This document shows, one piece after another, positions 1 through 9,210 of a DNA stretch of 60,292 nucleotides; position 1 is the first letter of the stretch, and each line of letters starts with the position of its first letter. Made by a program: the position numbers and the translations under genes. A model generated the notes under the pieces. The model made no database searches. It was not told where the DNA came from and was given only the letters and a program-made list of their open reading frames with translations. Source of the stretch: a virus (lineage: Duplodnaviria > Caudoviricetes); IMG/VR virus record IMGVR_UViG_3300023184_000002, positions 1-60,292 of that record. One strand, given 5' to 3'.

Positions 1-127
1 AGGTGTGGCCGCTGTGGTGGTGCTTGTGCTGGATACGGAATCTTCCAACTGCACTGCACCTTTTTGTGTGGTGGTTCCGTCATTGATACCAATTGTTCCC
101 GTTGTGGTTATGGTTCCGCCAGTAATC
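1..127. repeat. Terminal 127-bp direct repeat, copy 1 (circular assembly overlap)
   Basis: 1-127 is identical to 60166-60292 and falls in mid-gene; 127 is a common assembler k-mer size. Confidence 0.95.
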
Positions 128-1041
128 GGTGAAGAAGTAGAAATAGAAGTAACGGCTGGTGGGGTAAGGATTTGTATCCAATTGGCTAATGTTGATGCTG
201 GTGATGATTGAAGAATAAAAGTTTTATTAACATCGGTGCGTACTGCTACATCCCCAACTTGGGCTGTTAAAGCCAACATTTCAGCCTGTGATGCAACAAC
301 AAAAGTATCGCTAATGGCTAGAGGTGGAAGTTGTGTAGTCGGTATTAGACCTGAACCATCTAAAGTAGCAACACCATTTGCCGCACCTTTATCTGTGGTG
401 TAAACCCCATTAGTTACTGTGCCAGCATTGCCAGAAACATTACCTGTCACATTGCCTACAAAAGTAGGGGCTGTAATGTTGCCAGCAAAATCAACTTTCA
501 TTACAGGTGTGTTATTGGCTAGAGGTAAAAGTTCAATTGCATTATTGGTCGGTGCTGTCAGACCTGCCTTGATAACGATGGCGCGGTTATCGCCAACTAA
601 ATCTGTATTAATACCAAGAGCAGTATTGGTTATTAGAGTGCCAATTCCGATTTGTCCGATTGGCCGAACGCGAGCAAGTTCAGTCGTGCCATCAGATTGA
701 ACAACACTAAGAATGTTCGCTGTTTGACTTGCGCTATTGCGTTGCAGAATCAAACCTTTAATAGCATCTGCACCTGTTTTAATTAACTGTGCGCCAGTAG
801 TGAAAGTGTTAGCAATAGTGGTGCGAACAAAACCCGTATTATCAAACGCAACAGTTTGTGTACCAGAATTGTAAGTTATTGGTGATGTTGCGGTAACAAC
901 ACCTGTAGCCCCTGTTGGACCTTGTAACCCAATGTCGGAAGCCGTGACCGCAACTGTTGAATCCGTAACCGTTACTGCTACAGCATTTTCGGTAGTTGTA
1001 ATTTCAACTATTTGCTCAGTGGTACTAATTTCACCAGCCAT
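1..1041 (-). CDS. Tail fibre protein, 5' part; the gene wraps the origin (1041 to 1, then 60165 to 59407, about 599 aa)
   Basis: ATG at 1041 (MAGEISTTEQIVEITTT...GLQGPTGATG); joined length is 1800 nt, in frame with ORF 59407..60219; fibre-type repeat QKGAVQLEDSVSSTSTTTAATPNSVK. Confidence 0.75.
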   Translation of the reverse strand, partial: MAGEISTTEQIVEITTTENAVAVTVTDSTVAVTASDIGLQGPTGATGVVTATSPITYNSGTQTVAFDNTGFVRTTIANTFTTGAQLIKTGADAIKGLILQRNSASQTANILSVVQSDGTTELARVRPIGQIGIGTLITNTALGINTDLVGDNRAIVIKAGLTAPTNNAIELLPLANNTPVMKVDFAGNITAPTFVGNVTGNVSGNAGTVTNGVYTTDKGAANGVATLDGSGLIPTTQLPPLAISDTFVVASQAEMLALTAQVGDVAVRTDVNKTFILQSSPASTLANWIQILTPPAVTSISTSSPITGGTITTTGTIGINDGTTTQKGAVQLEDSVSSTSTTTAATP

Positions 1042-1049
1042 AACAACCC

Positions 1050-1373
1050 CTACTTATTGGTTCGGTTGCTGACAGTAATTGTTCCCTGCATAACCGATGT
1101 TGGGCGACTGCTAGTATCCGTAAATTCAAAATCGTACACAAATTCGCCAATACCCATAGCGGTGGCTTGGGCACTTGTGATTGTGATAGTGAAACTGCCA
1201 TTAGCAAGAGTGATGCCATTATTTTTGGTTAATGCCAAAAGGATTGTTTTGTCATAATGGTTCCTGACAGTGAAACGGGCTGTGTAATCCGTTAAATTGT
1301 ATCCAGCCATAGTGAACTGTTGGCTCCAATAAGTGCCTGTAGGTACCTCAAAATCGTATGTGCCGTATTTCAT
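1050..1373 (-). CDS. Tail-fibre adaptor / BppU-like structural protein
   Basis: YNLTDYTARFTVR...FTITITSAQAT...VYDFEF...QGTITV pattern; directly upstream of the fibre gene. Confidence 0.55.
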   Translation of the reverse strand: MKYGTYDFEVPTGTYWSQQFTMAGYNLTDYTARFTVRNHYDKTILLALTKNNGITLANGSFTITITSAQATAMGIGEFVYDFEFTDTSSRPTSVMQGTITVSNRTNK

Positions 1374-1500
1374 TAATCATCAGCCTTTAAAGATTTTTGT
1401 GTTGTTAAACCTAGTTCTTCAAGAATTTCACCAAGATTACCCATGTGTGATTAACTCCTAAGTTTGGTGCGTTTTACTTTACCAAAAAAAAATAACGGTA

Positions 1501-3105
1501 TTAGGCAACACGCCACCCATTTGCTTGACCCAACGATACGGGAATAGCAGGAATTATGGCTCTACCCTTAGCAGGTTCATACATTGCTAAAAGGATTGCT
1601 TCACCTCTATCGGGGGAAGTCATGCCACGGCGTTTCATTTCCACTTTGGATTCGATTTGGATTCGTCCAGCAGAATCGGATTTGAATGTTGGGGTGGATA
1701 ACTGGGCTAGGGTTGCTCTATCGGTATCAAGGGTAACATCTTGCTCTTTAGCGTCATTAGGTTGTAGCAATAATCGCCCATTCCACCACATTTCGGCTCT
1801 CTGGTTACGGAACTTGTCAGGGTCATTTGCTCGCTCTGAAACATTCACACCAATAATGTTTGCGTTCCATTGCCTTTCATCACACCACTTTTTGAGCAAC
1901 GATACGACACCCCAGCCCACACCAATGGTGTCAATTTTTACATGCAATTTGTCTTGAACTCCACGCTCTTCATGGATTGCTATGCATTCTTCAATTTCAC
2001 GGGCTACTACACCTGCTACATCTACTGCGTTATGGTTTTGGATGCCAGAGGATTTGTGGGTGATTTTGATTCTGTAGCCGTCCATACGGGCTATAACGAA
2101 TTCGTCACCACCATCTGATGCCACATCTACACCTAGCCTAATACGGGGCGATTCTAGGGGCTTTTCATTCTGTGATGCTAAATCAGCCCACATGAATGGG
2201 ATTACCTTATTGGCTACTGCTTTAGGGAATCTTGCATGAACACGGGCTTCCACGAAAGGGGAATCATCACCAAATTCACCAACAACATCATCCACCCACC
2301 TTTGGTCAACTAGATGGGTTGCTACAGGATGCGGTGCAATGTGAACAGGGCAGGATTGGCACATGCCCGTTTCCTCACCCGTAAAATTAGGTGTGTCATA
2401 AGCCCCAATAGGAATCGTTGTATAGAGGTCGCTGTTGCATGCCCGTTCAAACCATGAATCTTCTTGGTCTGTAGGCGGATTACCCAAAAGTAGTAATCGG
2501 GTATTGCCACCCGTCATGAGGGCTTCTAAGGAGCGACCAACAACCTCACCAATACCACCAGCCTCATCCACAATAATAAGCAAATTGGGCATGTGAATAC
2601 CTTGGGCCGCGGATTCGTCATACGGATTGGGACTGAAACCGTAGGCAACAATGTCGCCATTCATTTTCCATGTCTGTGTCAGCACCTCACCTTTAAGTTT
2701 TGCTTTAGTGGCGGTTTTACGAATGTGAGGCCAGATAATGTTTCGTACCTGACGATGCGTTGGGGCGATAGTAACGCATAGCGTTGTTCCCTGTGGATGT
2801 GCCGATACCCACCATGCGGCCAGACGGGCTGAAAGGTGCGATTTGCCAGGTCCATGGCATGCTGGTACTGCTACACGCTGATTATTGATTAGGGCATTAG
2901 CGATTTCTCGTTGTTTTGACCACATCACCTCACCCAAGCCGTCTTGGATAAAACCAACTGGGTCTTTTTCCCATTTAGCCCACGGGTTATCTATTTCGGC
3001 ATCTAAAAGGTTTGCTAATGCCATGCGTTCATCGGGTTCTAGCCCTGCATAGATTTTCATGCGTTCTTGTGGGTCGGCATTGATTAAACGGTCAACTAAA
3101 CGCAT
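1501..3105 (-). CDS. terL: Terminase large subunit
   Basis: Walker A-like ACHGPGKS, Walker B LIIVDEA, coupling motif LGNP, nuclease motifs LGVDVASDGGD and SPDRGEA. Confidence 0.93.
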   Translation of the reverse strand: MRLVDRLINADPQERMKIYAGLEPDERMALANLLDAEIDNPWAKWEKDPVGFIQDGLGEVMWSKQREIANALINNQRVAVPACHGPGKSHLSARLAAWWVSAHPQGTTLCVTIAPTHRQVRNIIWPHIRKTATKAKLKGEVLTQTWKMNGDIVAYGFSPNPYDESAAQGIHMPNLLIIVDEAGGIGEVVGRSLEALMTGGNTRLLLLGNPPTDQEDSWFERACNSDLYTTIPIGAYDTPNFTGEETGMCQSCPVHIAPHPVATHLVDQRWVDDVVGEFGDDSPFVEARVHARFPKAVANKVIPFMWADLASQNEKPLESPRIRLGVDVASDGGDEFVIARMDGYRIKITHKSSGIQNHNAVDVAGVVAREIEECIAIHEERGVQDKLHVKIDTIGVGWGVVSLLKKWCDERQWNANIIGVNVSERANDPDKFRNQRAEMWWNGRLLLQPNDAKEQDVTLDTDRATLAQLSTPTFKSDSAGRIQIESKVEMKRRGMTSPDRGEAILLAMYEPAKGRAIIPAIPVSLGQANGWRVA

Positions 3106-3117
3106 AACCGTAGTTTA
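3106..3117 (-). promoter_or_regulatory. Candidate leaderless promoter (-10 TAAACT, 6 nt, then the terL ATG)
   Basis: Minus strand reads TAAACTacggttATG; no SD; the same 12-mer precedes the RusA-like gene. Confidence 0.5.
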
Positions 3118-3639
3118 CCCTTCAGATTCTCGCTTGCTTGCTATCTGCATGATTTTGCGTTCCAATTCGTCTGATGCAACATCTATCTTGATTGCCCCAC
3201 CATCGGCTCCCGTAACTTCGGTGTGGTCTGTTCTTCCCCACTTTTTTGGGTATGAGCGTTCTAAATACCATGCTGATGCTTGCCATGTTCCCGTACTCGC
3301 GGCCTGTTGGATTTGCATGACGGCTCGTAATTCGGATTCTGCACGAACCTTTTCTACAGCCACTAAGAATTCTAAAAACACTACCTCGGTTTCATCAGGT
3401 TTGCTGTCTGGGAATACCTCTAGCCTGTCGCGTTCTTTCTTCCCACGGGCAAGCCAATTGAATAAGGTTGCTTGGCTGATTCCTGCATAACTCGCTGAAG
3501 TATCTAGATAACAACCTGATTTTAGGGCTTCAAGGATGATTTCTGATTTTTCTAGCGTTAATTTGGTTTTGCGACCAACGGCAGGTTTTTTGGCTGTCGC
3601 TTTTTTTGCTGGTGTGGCTTTTTTAGGCGTTGCGGTCAT
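3115..3639 (-). CDS. Terminase small subunit-like HTH protein
   Basis: GRKTKLT...YAGISQATLFNW HTH, WQASAWYLERSYP, EVTGADGGAI tail; adjacent to terL. Confidence 0.75.
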   Translation of the reverse strand: MTATPKKATPAKKATAKKPAVGRKTKLTLEKSEIILEALKSGCYLDTSASYAGISQATLFNWLARGKKERDRLEVFPDSKPDETEVVFLEFLVAVEKVRAESELRAVMQIQQAASTGTWQASAWYLERSYPKKWGRTDHTEVTGADGGAIKIDVASDELERKIMQIASKRESEG

Positions 3640-3768
3640 GTTTGTGCTTCTTTCGCCTGTGGGTGGTTTTGAGGTCGTCCCATGTCATGAGGAATAGGGT
3701 GGCGATGAGCAAAAGTGCTGTGGTGGCTAAAAATACGACTACTAGCCCTTCGATGATTTGTGTGAAAC

Positions 3769-3975
3769 TCACGCTTCCTCCATTGTTTTGATTGTAGGGC
3801 AAGGGTAAATGTATTGATGATGGAAACCGTTGGTGCTTACTGTGACATTTTGCTCGCTTATTGTCCAGCAATGTTTACATACCGTTAAATCAGCGAATCG
3901 TGTGGGTGTGTGAAGGTCACGAACTGCATCTAGGCGTTTCAGGGCTTTCTCAACATAGCGTGTGGTGTATCTCAT
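3769..3975 (-). CDS. Hypothetical protein (CxxC...YPCPT)
   Basis: VRDLHTP...CKHC...YPCPT, a small Cys-containing phage protein; start overlaps the upstream stop. Confidence 0.55.
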   Translation of the reverse strand: MRYTTRYVEKALKRLDAVRDLHTPTRFADLTVCKHCWTISEQNVTVSTNGFHHQYIYPCPTIKTMEEA

Positions 3976-5159
3976 GTGTAAATTATGCCCTGCTCAGGTA
4001 TTTGTAAGCGGTAACTGATGTCTTCATGTGTTAGCCCTGCACACCACCTGTTTATGTCTGCTTTGGGCATACGGAAAGCGAATGAGCCAACTTTGCATGT
4101 CACTTTCCCTGTGGTGTCGGGTGCTGGGTTTGGTGCCCCTCCACCCAATAATTCGGATACATCGGCTGGTTCGTATCCTGTGCCTTTCCAATCGGGTAAG
4201 GAACTGATTAGGAGCCGTAAAGCGTCCCTGTCGTATGTTCCGTGGTCGCTGGTGCGGTTATCTACCAACACTATGCGTGATGCTTCATCGTCTGTGCATT
4301 GAATGTAGGTGACAGCGATTTGTTTCCAGCCGAGGGCTTTGACGGCTTGGTAGGTGTGGTTTCCTGCGAGGATTGTTCCGTCTGTCCGTGCCACGATGGG
4401 TCGGTATTGTCCGAGTTCTTGGAGGGATTGGGCGATTGCTCCGATGTCCCCTTCGCGTGGGTTTTGTGGGTATGGGCGTAGGGTGTCTACATCTGCGAGG
4501 ACGGCTTCGACTCGTTCTGGTGGGCTTAATAATGTCGCTGGGTCGTTGTACATTGGCATCGGTGGTGTGGGTAACTGGAGCCATTCCTTGATTGTGGCTA
4601 TGACTCTTGGGCGTTTCTGGTCTGAGTCTGCCAGTATCGCCTCTTCCCACGCTTCGTAGATTTGTGCATCTAGAGTCCCCCTGAACTTACCTAACACAAG
4701 TTGGTATTCGTCATCTTGTGCTTCACGCATTGGTTTGTCATCTGGAGTAAATGGGCTGTTTAGGAGTTCACTGAGGTTAGCAAGGTCATCGTCTGTGAAT
4801 CCTGTCCCTGCTAAATCGGGAAGTTCACTGAGCATGCCAAAAAGTGCATCTTCATTGTATGAACTCAAGTCGGAGGTGCGATTGTCTGCAATCATGATTT
4901 TCTTGGCTGTGGTTTCATCTACATCTACCCACACGACAGCGATTTGAGTCCACCGTAGTTTCTTGACTGCCTTGTATGTGTGATTACCTGCAAGTATGCA
5001 ATTATCACGCTTGTTCACCACTATGGGCTTGTATTGCCCATGCTTATCTAGGGACTCAGCAATCTTGTCAATGTCACCGCGTCTAGCGTTTTGTGGATGG
5101 GGCGTGATTGAGTTCACTGGCACTGTTTCAGTTTCAGTGATTCTAATGTTGTTGCCCAT
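3972..5159 (-). CDS. Protein with two tandem ParB N-terminal (ParB/Srx) domains
   Basis: Duplicated P(H/Y)PQN.R.GDI..IA.SL...GQY.PIV....ILAGNHTY.AVK.L.W...DNRTSD. Confidence 0.85.
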   Translation of the reverse strand: MGNNIRITETETVPVNSITPHPQNARRGDIDKIAESLDKHGQYKPIVVNKRDNCILAGNHTYKAVKKLRWTQIAVVWVDVDETTAKKIMIADNRTSDLSSYNEDALFGMLSELPDLAGTGFTDDDLANLSELLNSPFTPDDKPMREAQDDEYQLVLGKFRGTLDAQIYEAWEEAILADSDQKRPRVIATIKEWLQLPTPPMPMYNDPATLLSPPERVEAVLADVDTLRPYPQNPREGDIGAIAQSLQELGQYRPIVARTDGTILAGNHTYQAVKALGWKQIAVTYIQCTDDEASRIVLVDNRTSDHGTYDRDALRLLISSLPDWKGTGYEPADVSELLGGGAPNPAPDTTGKVTCKVGSFAFRMPKADINRWCAGLTHEDISYRLQIPEQGIIYT

Positions 5160-5162
5160 GAT

Positions 5163-5369
5163 TTACTCCAAATTTTTGAGTGCGTATGATGCTCTGATTA
5201 GACTTTCAGCGTCTGATTCTCGCCCTTCAGCAATTTCTAGGGTTGCACGAACTTCTAGCCAATGTGCAAACCATTGAGTTGCTACTTGTGCGACTGCTTC
5301 GTCCGTGTGGCTGGTTTCTTCATTGCAAGCAAGTGCTTTAATTAGGCTTTGAGTTGCTGTGTTGGTCAT
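5163..5369 (-). CDS. Hypothetical protein
   Basis: 68-aa ORF with SD GAGGGG, packed in the operon. Confidence 0.55.
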   Translation of the reverse strand: MTNTATQSLIKALACNEETSHTDEAVAQVATQWFAHWLEVRATLEIAEGRESDAESLIRASYALKNLE

Positions 5370-5382
5370 TTCTTATCCCCTC

Positions 5383-5661
5383 TCAAGGATTTAGTGGTGG
5401 TCTTCCAACTCTGGCTTTACCGTGTTCATCTCGCGGAATTTCGTCTTTGATGATTTTGTAAATGTTTTGGTAAGTGGTGCCCATGTACTCAGACATGGTT
5501 TTGTAGGTAATGTTTTTTTGTTTTAATTTGAGAATGAGTTCTTTACGCCGTTTCATAAGTTTTTCAACTTGGTCGTGGTGTTCTTTCATCATTCCCGATA
5601 CCAACCTGAGTTCTTCAAGTTGGCGTTCAGTTTCTTTACCTGCTTGTCGTATGAATGCCAT
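5383..5661 (-). CDS. HTH DNA-binding protein
   Basis: RRKELILKL...ITYKTMSEYMGTTYQNIYKII helix-turn-helix. Confidence 0.65.
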   Translation of the reverse strand: MAFIRQAGKETERQLEELRLVSGMMKEHHDQVEKLMKRRKELILKLKQKNITYKTMSEYMGTTYQNIYKIIKDEIPRDEHGKARVGRPPLNP

Positions 5662-6044
5662 TACAAGGTTCCTGTTCCTTTTATGTGTAGTGTTAATCCG
5701 TTTTTTGCTCTTGTGGGTTGCATGAATGTGATTGAAGTTAAAAACTTTGGGGAATCGTCTTCCATCACTCCTGCATCTACGAGTCCATCAATGGCCGCTT
5801 TGCTTGCTGGGTTGCATGCTCCGACATCTTGAAGTCGTCCTTTTTCTTGCTGTACCTCAACTGTGATTTGTACATCTGTGAGTTGGGGTATTTTTTGCTG
5901 TTTGGCTAGGTAGAAAAAGGCAGTTCGCCATGTTTTGACATTGCTTGCCCGTTCCCACCTATTTCCTGCTCTTTCTGCATTCGTTGTCCATGGTTTTTGA
6001 GCAAAATGGAGCGTGAACTCGTGGGTGTGAGTTTGGCTACACAT
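5661..6044 (-). CDS. RusA-like Holliday junction resolvase
   Basis: QDVGACNPASKAAIDGLVDAGVMEDDS resembles the RusA D..N..K...D.L......DD motif. Confidence 0.8.
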   Translation of the reverse strand: MCSQTHTHEFTLHFAQKPWTTNAERAGNRWERASNVKTWRTAFFYLAKQQKIPQLTDVQITVEVQQEKGRLQDVGACNPASKAAIDGLVDAGVMEDDSPKFLTSITFMQPTRAKNGLTLHIKGTGTL

Positions 6045-6074
6045 AAACCGTAGTTTAACAACTCTAGTTGTGTA

Positions 6075-6461
6075 TTACAAGTCATTCTGTGTGCCTTTTT
6101 CTGTCGTTTCTACCCACAACAATTTGGTTCCATCGTTCAAAATGGTGAAAACTTGTCCCTCTTTGTTTTTAAAAGGTATGAGTTCAGCGTTTTGTCCCCG
6201 TTTTACGAGCAATCCGAGTTCTGTAGCCTCTTCACGGTTGGACTCAACCCATCCATGGCATCCTGTGGTTCCTGAGCCACACAACACCAACAAATTGGCT
6301 GGCTGGTTAATCTCTTTGACTCTGGTTCCACCCATTCCCCGTGGTGTACGGTGATGGACATTCAATGAATTGTTTTTCCATCCGCAATACTCGCAAGTGA
6401 AATACGCTCTTGCTAAAACTTCACGCCTAGTATCTGGGTGAACTCCTTGTGATTTACTCAT
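6075..6461 (-). CDS. HNH endonuclease
   Basis: CEYCG...HHRTPRGMGG...NLLVLCG...GCHGWVE. Confidence 0.85.
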   Translation of the reverse strand: MSKSQGVHPDTRREVLARAYFTCEYCGWKNNSLNVHHRTPRGMGGTRVKEINQPANLLVLCGSGTTGCHGWVESNREEATELGLLVKRGQNAELIPFKNKEGQVFTILNDGTKLLWVETTEKGTQNDL

Positions 6462-6778
6462 TTTATCCTTCTGATTTTGTTTAGGGCTTCTTTAAACTCT
6501 GCTGTTGCTGGTACACCTTGCTGGGTTCTGCGTTCCAAACTTGCTTGTTGTAGGCTCTCATCACGCTTGTAAGCCCTCCACGGGACATTTAGGTGGCTAG
6601 GCATGATTCTCTCGTTGGAAACGCTGTAATGGCGTTTTAGGGCTTCTACACCGAAATCAAAAGTGAGGTCGCTATCCAAAACGAGTTCCCAAGCGTAAAC
6701 ACGGGCTTCATCCACCGAAATGCGGTCATCTATGGATTTAACCATCGTTAGCAATCTGGCGAGGTCTGAACGCTTCAA
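6458..6778 (-). CDS. Putative helicase loader/inhibitor-like replication protein (start probably TTG at 6778)
   Basis: ARLLTMVKSIDDR...AWELVL...EALKRHY...IMPSHL; follows the replication initiator. Confidence 0.5.
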   Translation of the reverse strand: MKRSDLARLLTMVKSIDDRISVDEARVYAWELVLDSDLTFDFGVEALKRHYSVSNERIMPSHLNVPWRAYKRDESLQQASLERRTQQGVPATAEFKEALNKIRRIK

Positions 6779-7505
6779 TTTCTGCCACCTGTCCTTCCTG
6801 TGCTTCAAACTGTTTGACCAAATTGAGTCCCGTATTGAGATTATCGGTACGGGCATTGGTCGTGGAACTGCGAGTCCCATTAGCGGTTATCCATGCGTAA
6901 GACGAATCCAATCGTGCGTGACCATCAGTTGCACACTTCTTAGCAGATTCTATGAGTCGGGTCGGCTCAACCCCTTGTTCAAGCAAAACACGGGCTTCAC
7001 GCGACAACTGACCAATCTGGCGAGTCAACGGTTTTTCCCCATGCAACTCAACCCAAGTATCCACATAGGCACCAACAACTTCCCTAGCCGTAATTGGTGC
7101 ATCAACCGTAGGTTGTAACTCTATTAGTAAGTCTTTTGTATTAGTTCTTTGTATAGTGCCTGATTTACCGATGACTGGAAATCCGTCTTCGGTGTTTTCG
7201 GGGTTTGCAAACTCTGGATGGTCATAAATTGTCCACTGGGTTTCCCAATGACCCAACTCGTTTTGTGATTTGGAGCGTTTTAGATAACCTGCTTCTTCCA
7301 TCTCAGTTAGACACTTACGAATCGCATCACGACCCTCAACTGCTTCTTTTGCAAGAGAAACTGAGTCCGTTCGCCAATTATCTGGCAACGACAAAATGTA
7401 AATTAAGAGTCCACGGGCACGATAGGACAAACGAGTGTCTTGAGCAACATCGTTACGAACTACCGTAAACCCTGAATGTGGACGCTGGGCACGGATAATG
7501 CTCAT
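6738..7505 (-). CDS. Replication initiator protein (N-terminal winged helix)
   Basis: FTVVRND...RLSYRARGLLIYILSLPDNW...EGRDAIRKCLTEMEEAGYL. Confidence 0.75.
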   Translation of the reverse strand: MSIIRAQRPHSGFTVVRNDVAQDTRLSYRARGLLIYILSLPDNWRTDSVSLAKEAVEGRDAIRKCLTEMEEAGYLKRSKSQNELGHWETQWTIYDHPEFANPENTEDGFPVIGKSGTIQRTNTKDLLIELQPTVDAPITAREVVGAYVDTWVELHGEKPLTRQIGQLSREARVLLEQGVEPTRLIESAKKCATDGHARLDSSYAWITANGTRSSTTNARTDNLNTGLNLVKQFEAQEGQVAEIEAFRPRQIANDG

Positions 7506-7513
7506 GACGCTTC

Positions 7514-8128
7514 CTAACTTGTGAGTTCAGTAAAGCGTTGAGTGTATACCAAGCGTAAGGATTTTTTTTCATCGGCTGTAAAGTTGTACTTACCAACTGT
7601 TTGAGCCACGGCTGTTAAATTCTCGGCTGTGTCTGCTTCCATCAAACCAGCATGAACTGAGTTGTACTCATCCTCTGTGGCTGGAGGTAGAGGCTCTGAA
7701 CGCTCGTACGACACCGAGTCTGGGTCAGGTTCATCAGTTGGTAGAGCAAGAGCCTGAAGTAATGCAGTTCGGAACGCAACAGACATAGCCTTTGACATAG
7801 CCTTGTCACCTGAGTCCATGGCTTCAGATACCACAACGGCTTCAATTGCGTCCCCAGCGATGCCTATGAACTTGTAAGACACCTTTAGGATGACATGGCT
7901 CATGGGAGTTCTGTTTTTGCCAACTTCCACGGTGCCGTATTGGTGTTCAAGCACCACAGGAACTACTACGACTTTGTGTTTACGCAATGCTGGAGCAACT
8001 GCGTTAACGACTGCATCAATGCCACGGAAACTAAATCCCTGTGAATTGTTGCGGTCTTTTTTTGCTACTGCTTGCACATCTTCCATGACGAACGCAAGCG
8101 ATTGTTGAATGGTGGGGTTCTCAGACAT
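7514..8128 (-). CDS. ERF-family single-strand annealing recombinase
   Basis: KKDRNNSQGFSFRGIDAVVNAV...EAMDSGDKAMSKAMSVAFRTAL...PTDEPDPD; likely start MSENPT at 8128. Confidence 0.85.
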   Translation of the reverse strand: MSENPTIQQSLAFVMEDVQAVAKKDRNNSQGFSFRGIDAVVNAVAPALRKHKVVVVPVVLEHQYGTVEVGKNRTPMSHVILKVSYKFIGIAGDAIEAVVVSEAMDSGDKAMSKAMSVAFRTALLQALALPTDEPDPDSVSYERSEPLPPATEDEYNSVHAGLMEADTAENLTAVAQTVGKYNFTADEKKSLRLVYTQRFTELTS

Positions 8129-8129
8129 T

Positions 8130-8672
8130 TTACTCCGATTCGATTGTGATTGAGGTTGCTTCTGGGACAACAGTTACGCCTTGTACGACTTCACCTGTTG
8201 CTCGTAGGACGACTTTATCGCCTACGATGTCAAACAGTTCCTTGAATGTGGAAACTGCTGGTTCTTCTCTTACGCGAATGAGTTCATTGGCTTCTGTGGC
8301 TTTTGCCCAACCCAAGAAAACTTCCGCATCATCTACTTTAACTTTTGGTGCTGACACGCGAGATTTAATTACGCCATGTGGCAATGTAATTGTTTTACGA
8401 TTGTCTTTCACGCGAACGCGATAAGCGTAATCGGTCAACAATCCAACAAAATAATTTTCATCTTTTTCCAGTTTGTTGTTGGCTTTTTCTAACCATTGGT
8501 TAATGCGATTTAATTCTTGCGAATAAATTTCCGTGTTTTCCATTAACTTCATTCGAATCGCTGACAACTTACGAATTGCCCAAGTCGCCCCTGAATCGTC
8601 CAAAACTTTAAATGCTTCTTTGAACTCAATTGCGTCTAATGCTGGGTCTTCAAATTCATGAATGTTTTCCAT
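8130..8672 (-). CDS. Mu Gam-like host-nuclease inhibitor / DNA end-binding protein
   Basis: A.WAIRKL coiled coil, KTITLPHGVIKSR, TGEVVQGVTV; next to ERF. Confidence 0.7.
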   Translation of the reverse strand: MENIHEFEDPALDAIEFKEAFKVLDDSGATWAIRKLSAIRMKLMENTEIYSQELNRINQWLEKANNKLEKDENYFVGLLTDYAYRVRVKDNRKTITLPHGVIKSRVSAPKVKVDDAEVFLGWAKATEANELIRVREEPAVSTFKELFDIVGDKVVLRATGEVVQGVTVVPEATSITIESE

Positions 8673-8695
8673 GATTAACTCCTTACTTTGTACCC

Positions 8696-8723
8696 ATAAT
8701 ACACCTAGGGTTTAGAAAGTCAA
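8696..8723 (-). promoter_or_regulatory. Sigma70/SigA-type promoter of the recombination/replication operon
   Basis: Minus strand TTGACT-16 nt-TATTAT with TG extension, followed by SD AAGGAG. Confidence 0.5.
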
Positions 8724-8865
8724 AACACGGCTTGAATCGTCAGCAAAAAATGGCAAAGATAAACGAAGCAAGACTTTTATGTTTACTTGCGAGAGCGACT
8801 GGTAAGGGGTTCCCAGTTGCTCGGCTGGAACTGGAGTGTTTTTCCCTTTTCACTCCAGTTTCAGT

Positions 8866-9156
8866 CTATTTACGATTACTTAAAAGAGCCTGTAAGAGTT
8901 CACGAATAATCGTGATTTCCCCCGAAATTTCGCTATTTATACGCTCATTTGAGTTCACTTTATCCATCAAACTGGAACCACCATTGGGCCATAATTGGTG
9001 TTCAACTCTACCCATACGCTCTGACACAGTTCGCCCATCCCTGTCCAAGCCTATTGAAGCATCTATGCGTTTAGTCAACTTGTAGATTTTTACAATGCCA
9101 CCAAGGACTACAATTAAAGAGCAAGTTACCGCTAAATAAGTTTGCCACTGCGTCAT
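8866..9156 (-). CDS. Membrane protein (N-terminal TM plus coiled coil), possibly lysis-associated
   Basis: TM segment YLAVTCSLIVVLGGIV; PNGGSSLMDKV motif typical of actinophage membrane proteins. Confidence 0.6.
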   Translation of the reverse strand: MTQWQTYLAVTCSLIVVLGGIVKIYKLTKRIDASIGLDRDGRTVSERMGRVEHQLWPNGGSSLMDKVNSNERINSEISGEITIIRELLQALLSNRK

Positions 9157-9210
9157 CTATCTACTCCACTAAGTTTGTTCAAGCATTAAACTCAGTTTAC
9201 ATAAAAAGTT

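Noticed and set aside
1374-1445. 23-codon ORF MGNLGEILEELG... between terL and the adaptor gene
   Set aside because: Has an SD but is too short to support or interpret
3623-3871. 82-aa ORF as listed in the track
   Set aside because: Its 5' half overlaps 3769..3975; only a shorter TM peptide starting near 3772 is plausible, and evidence is weak
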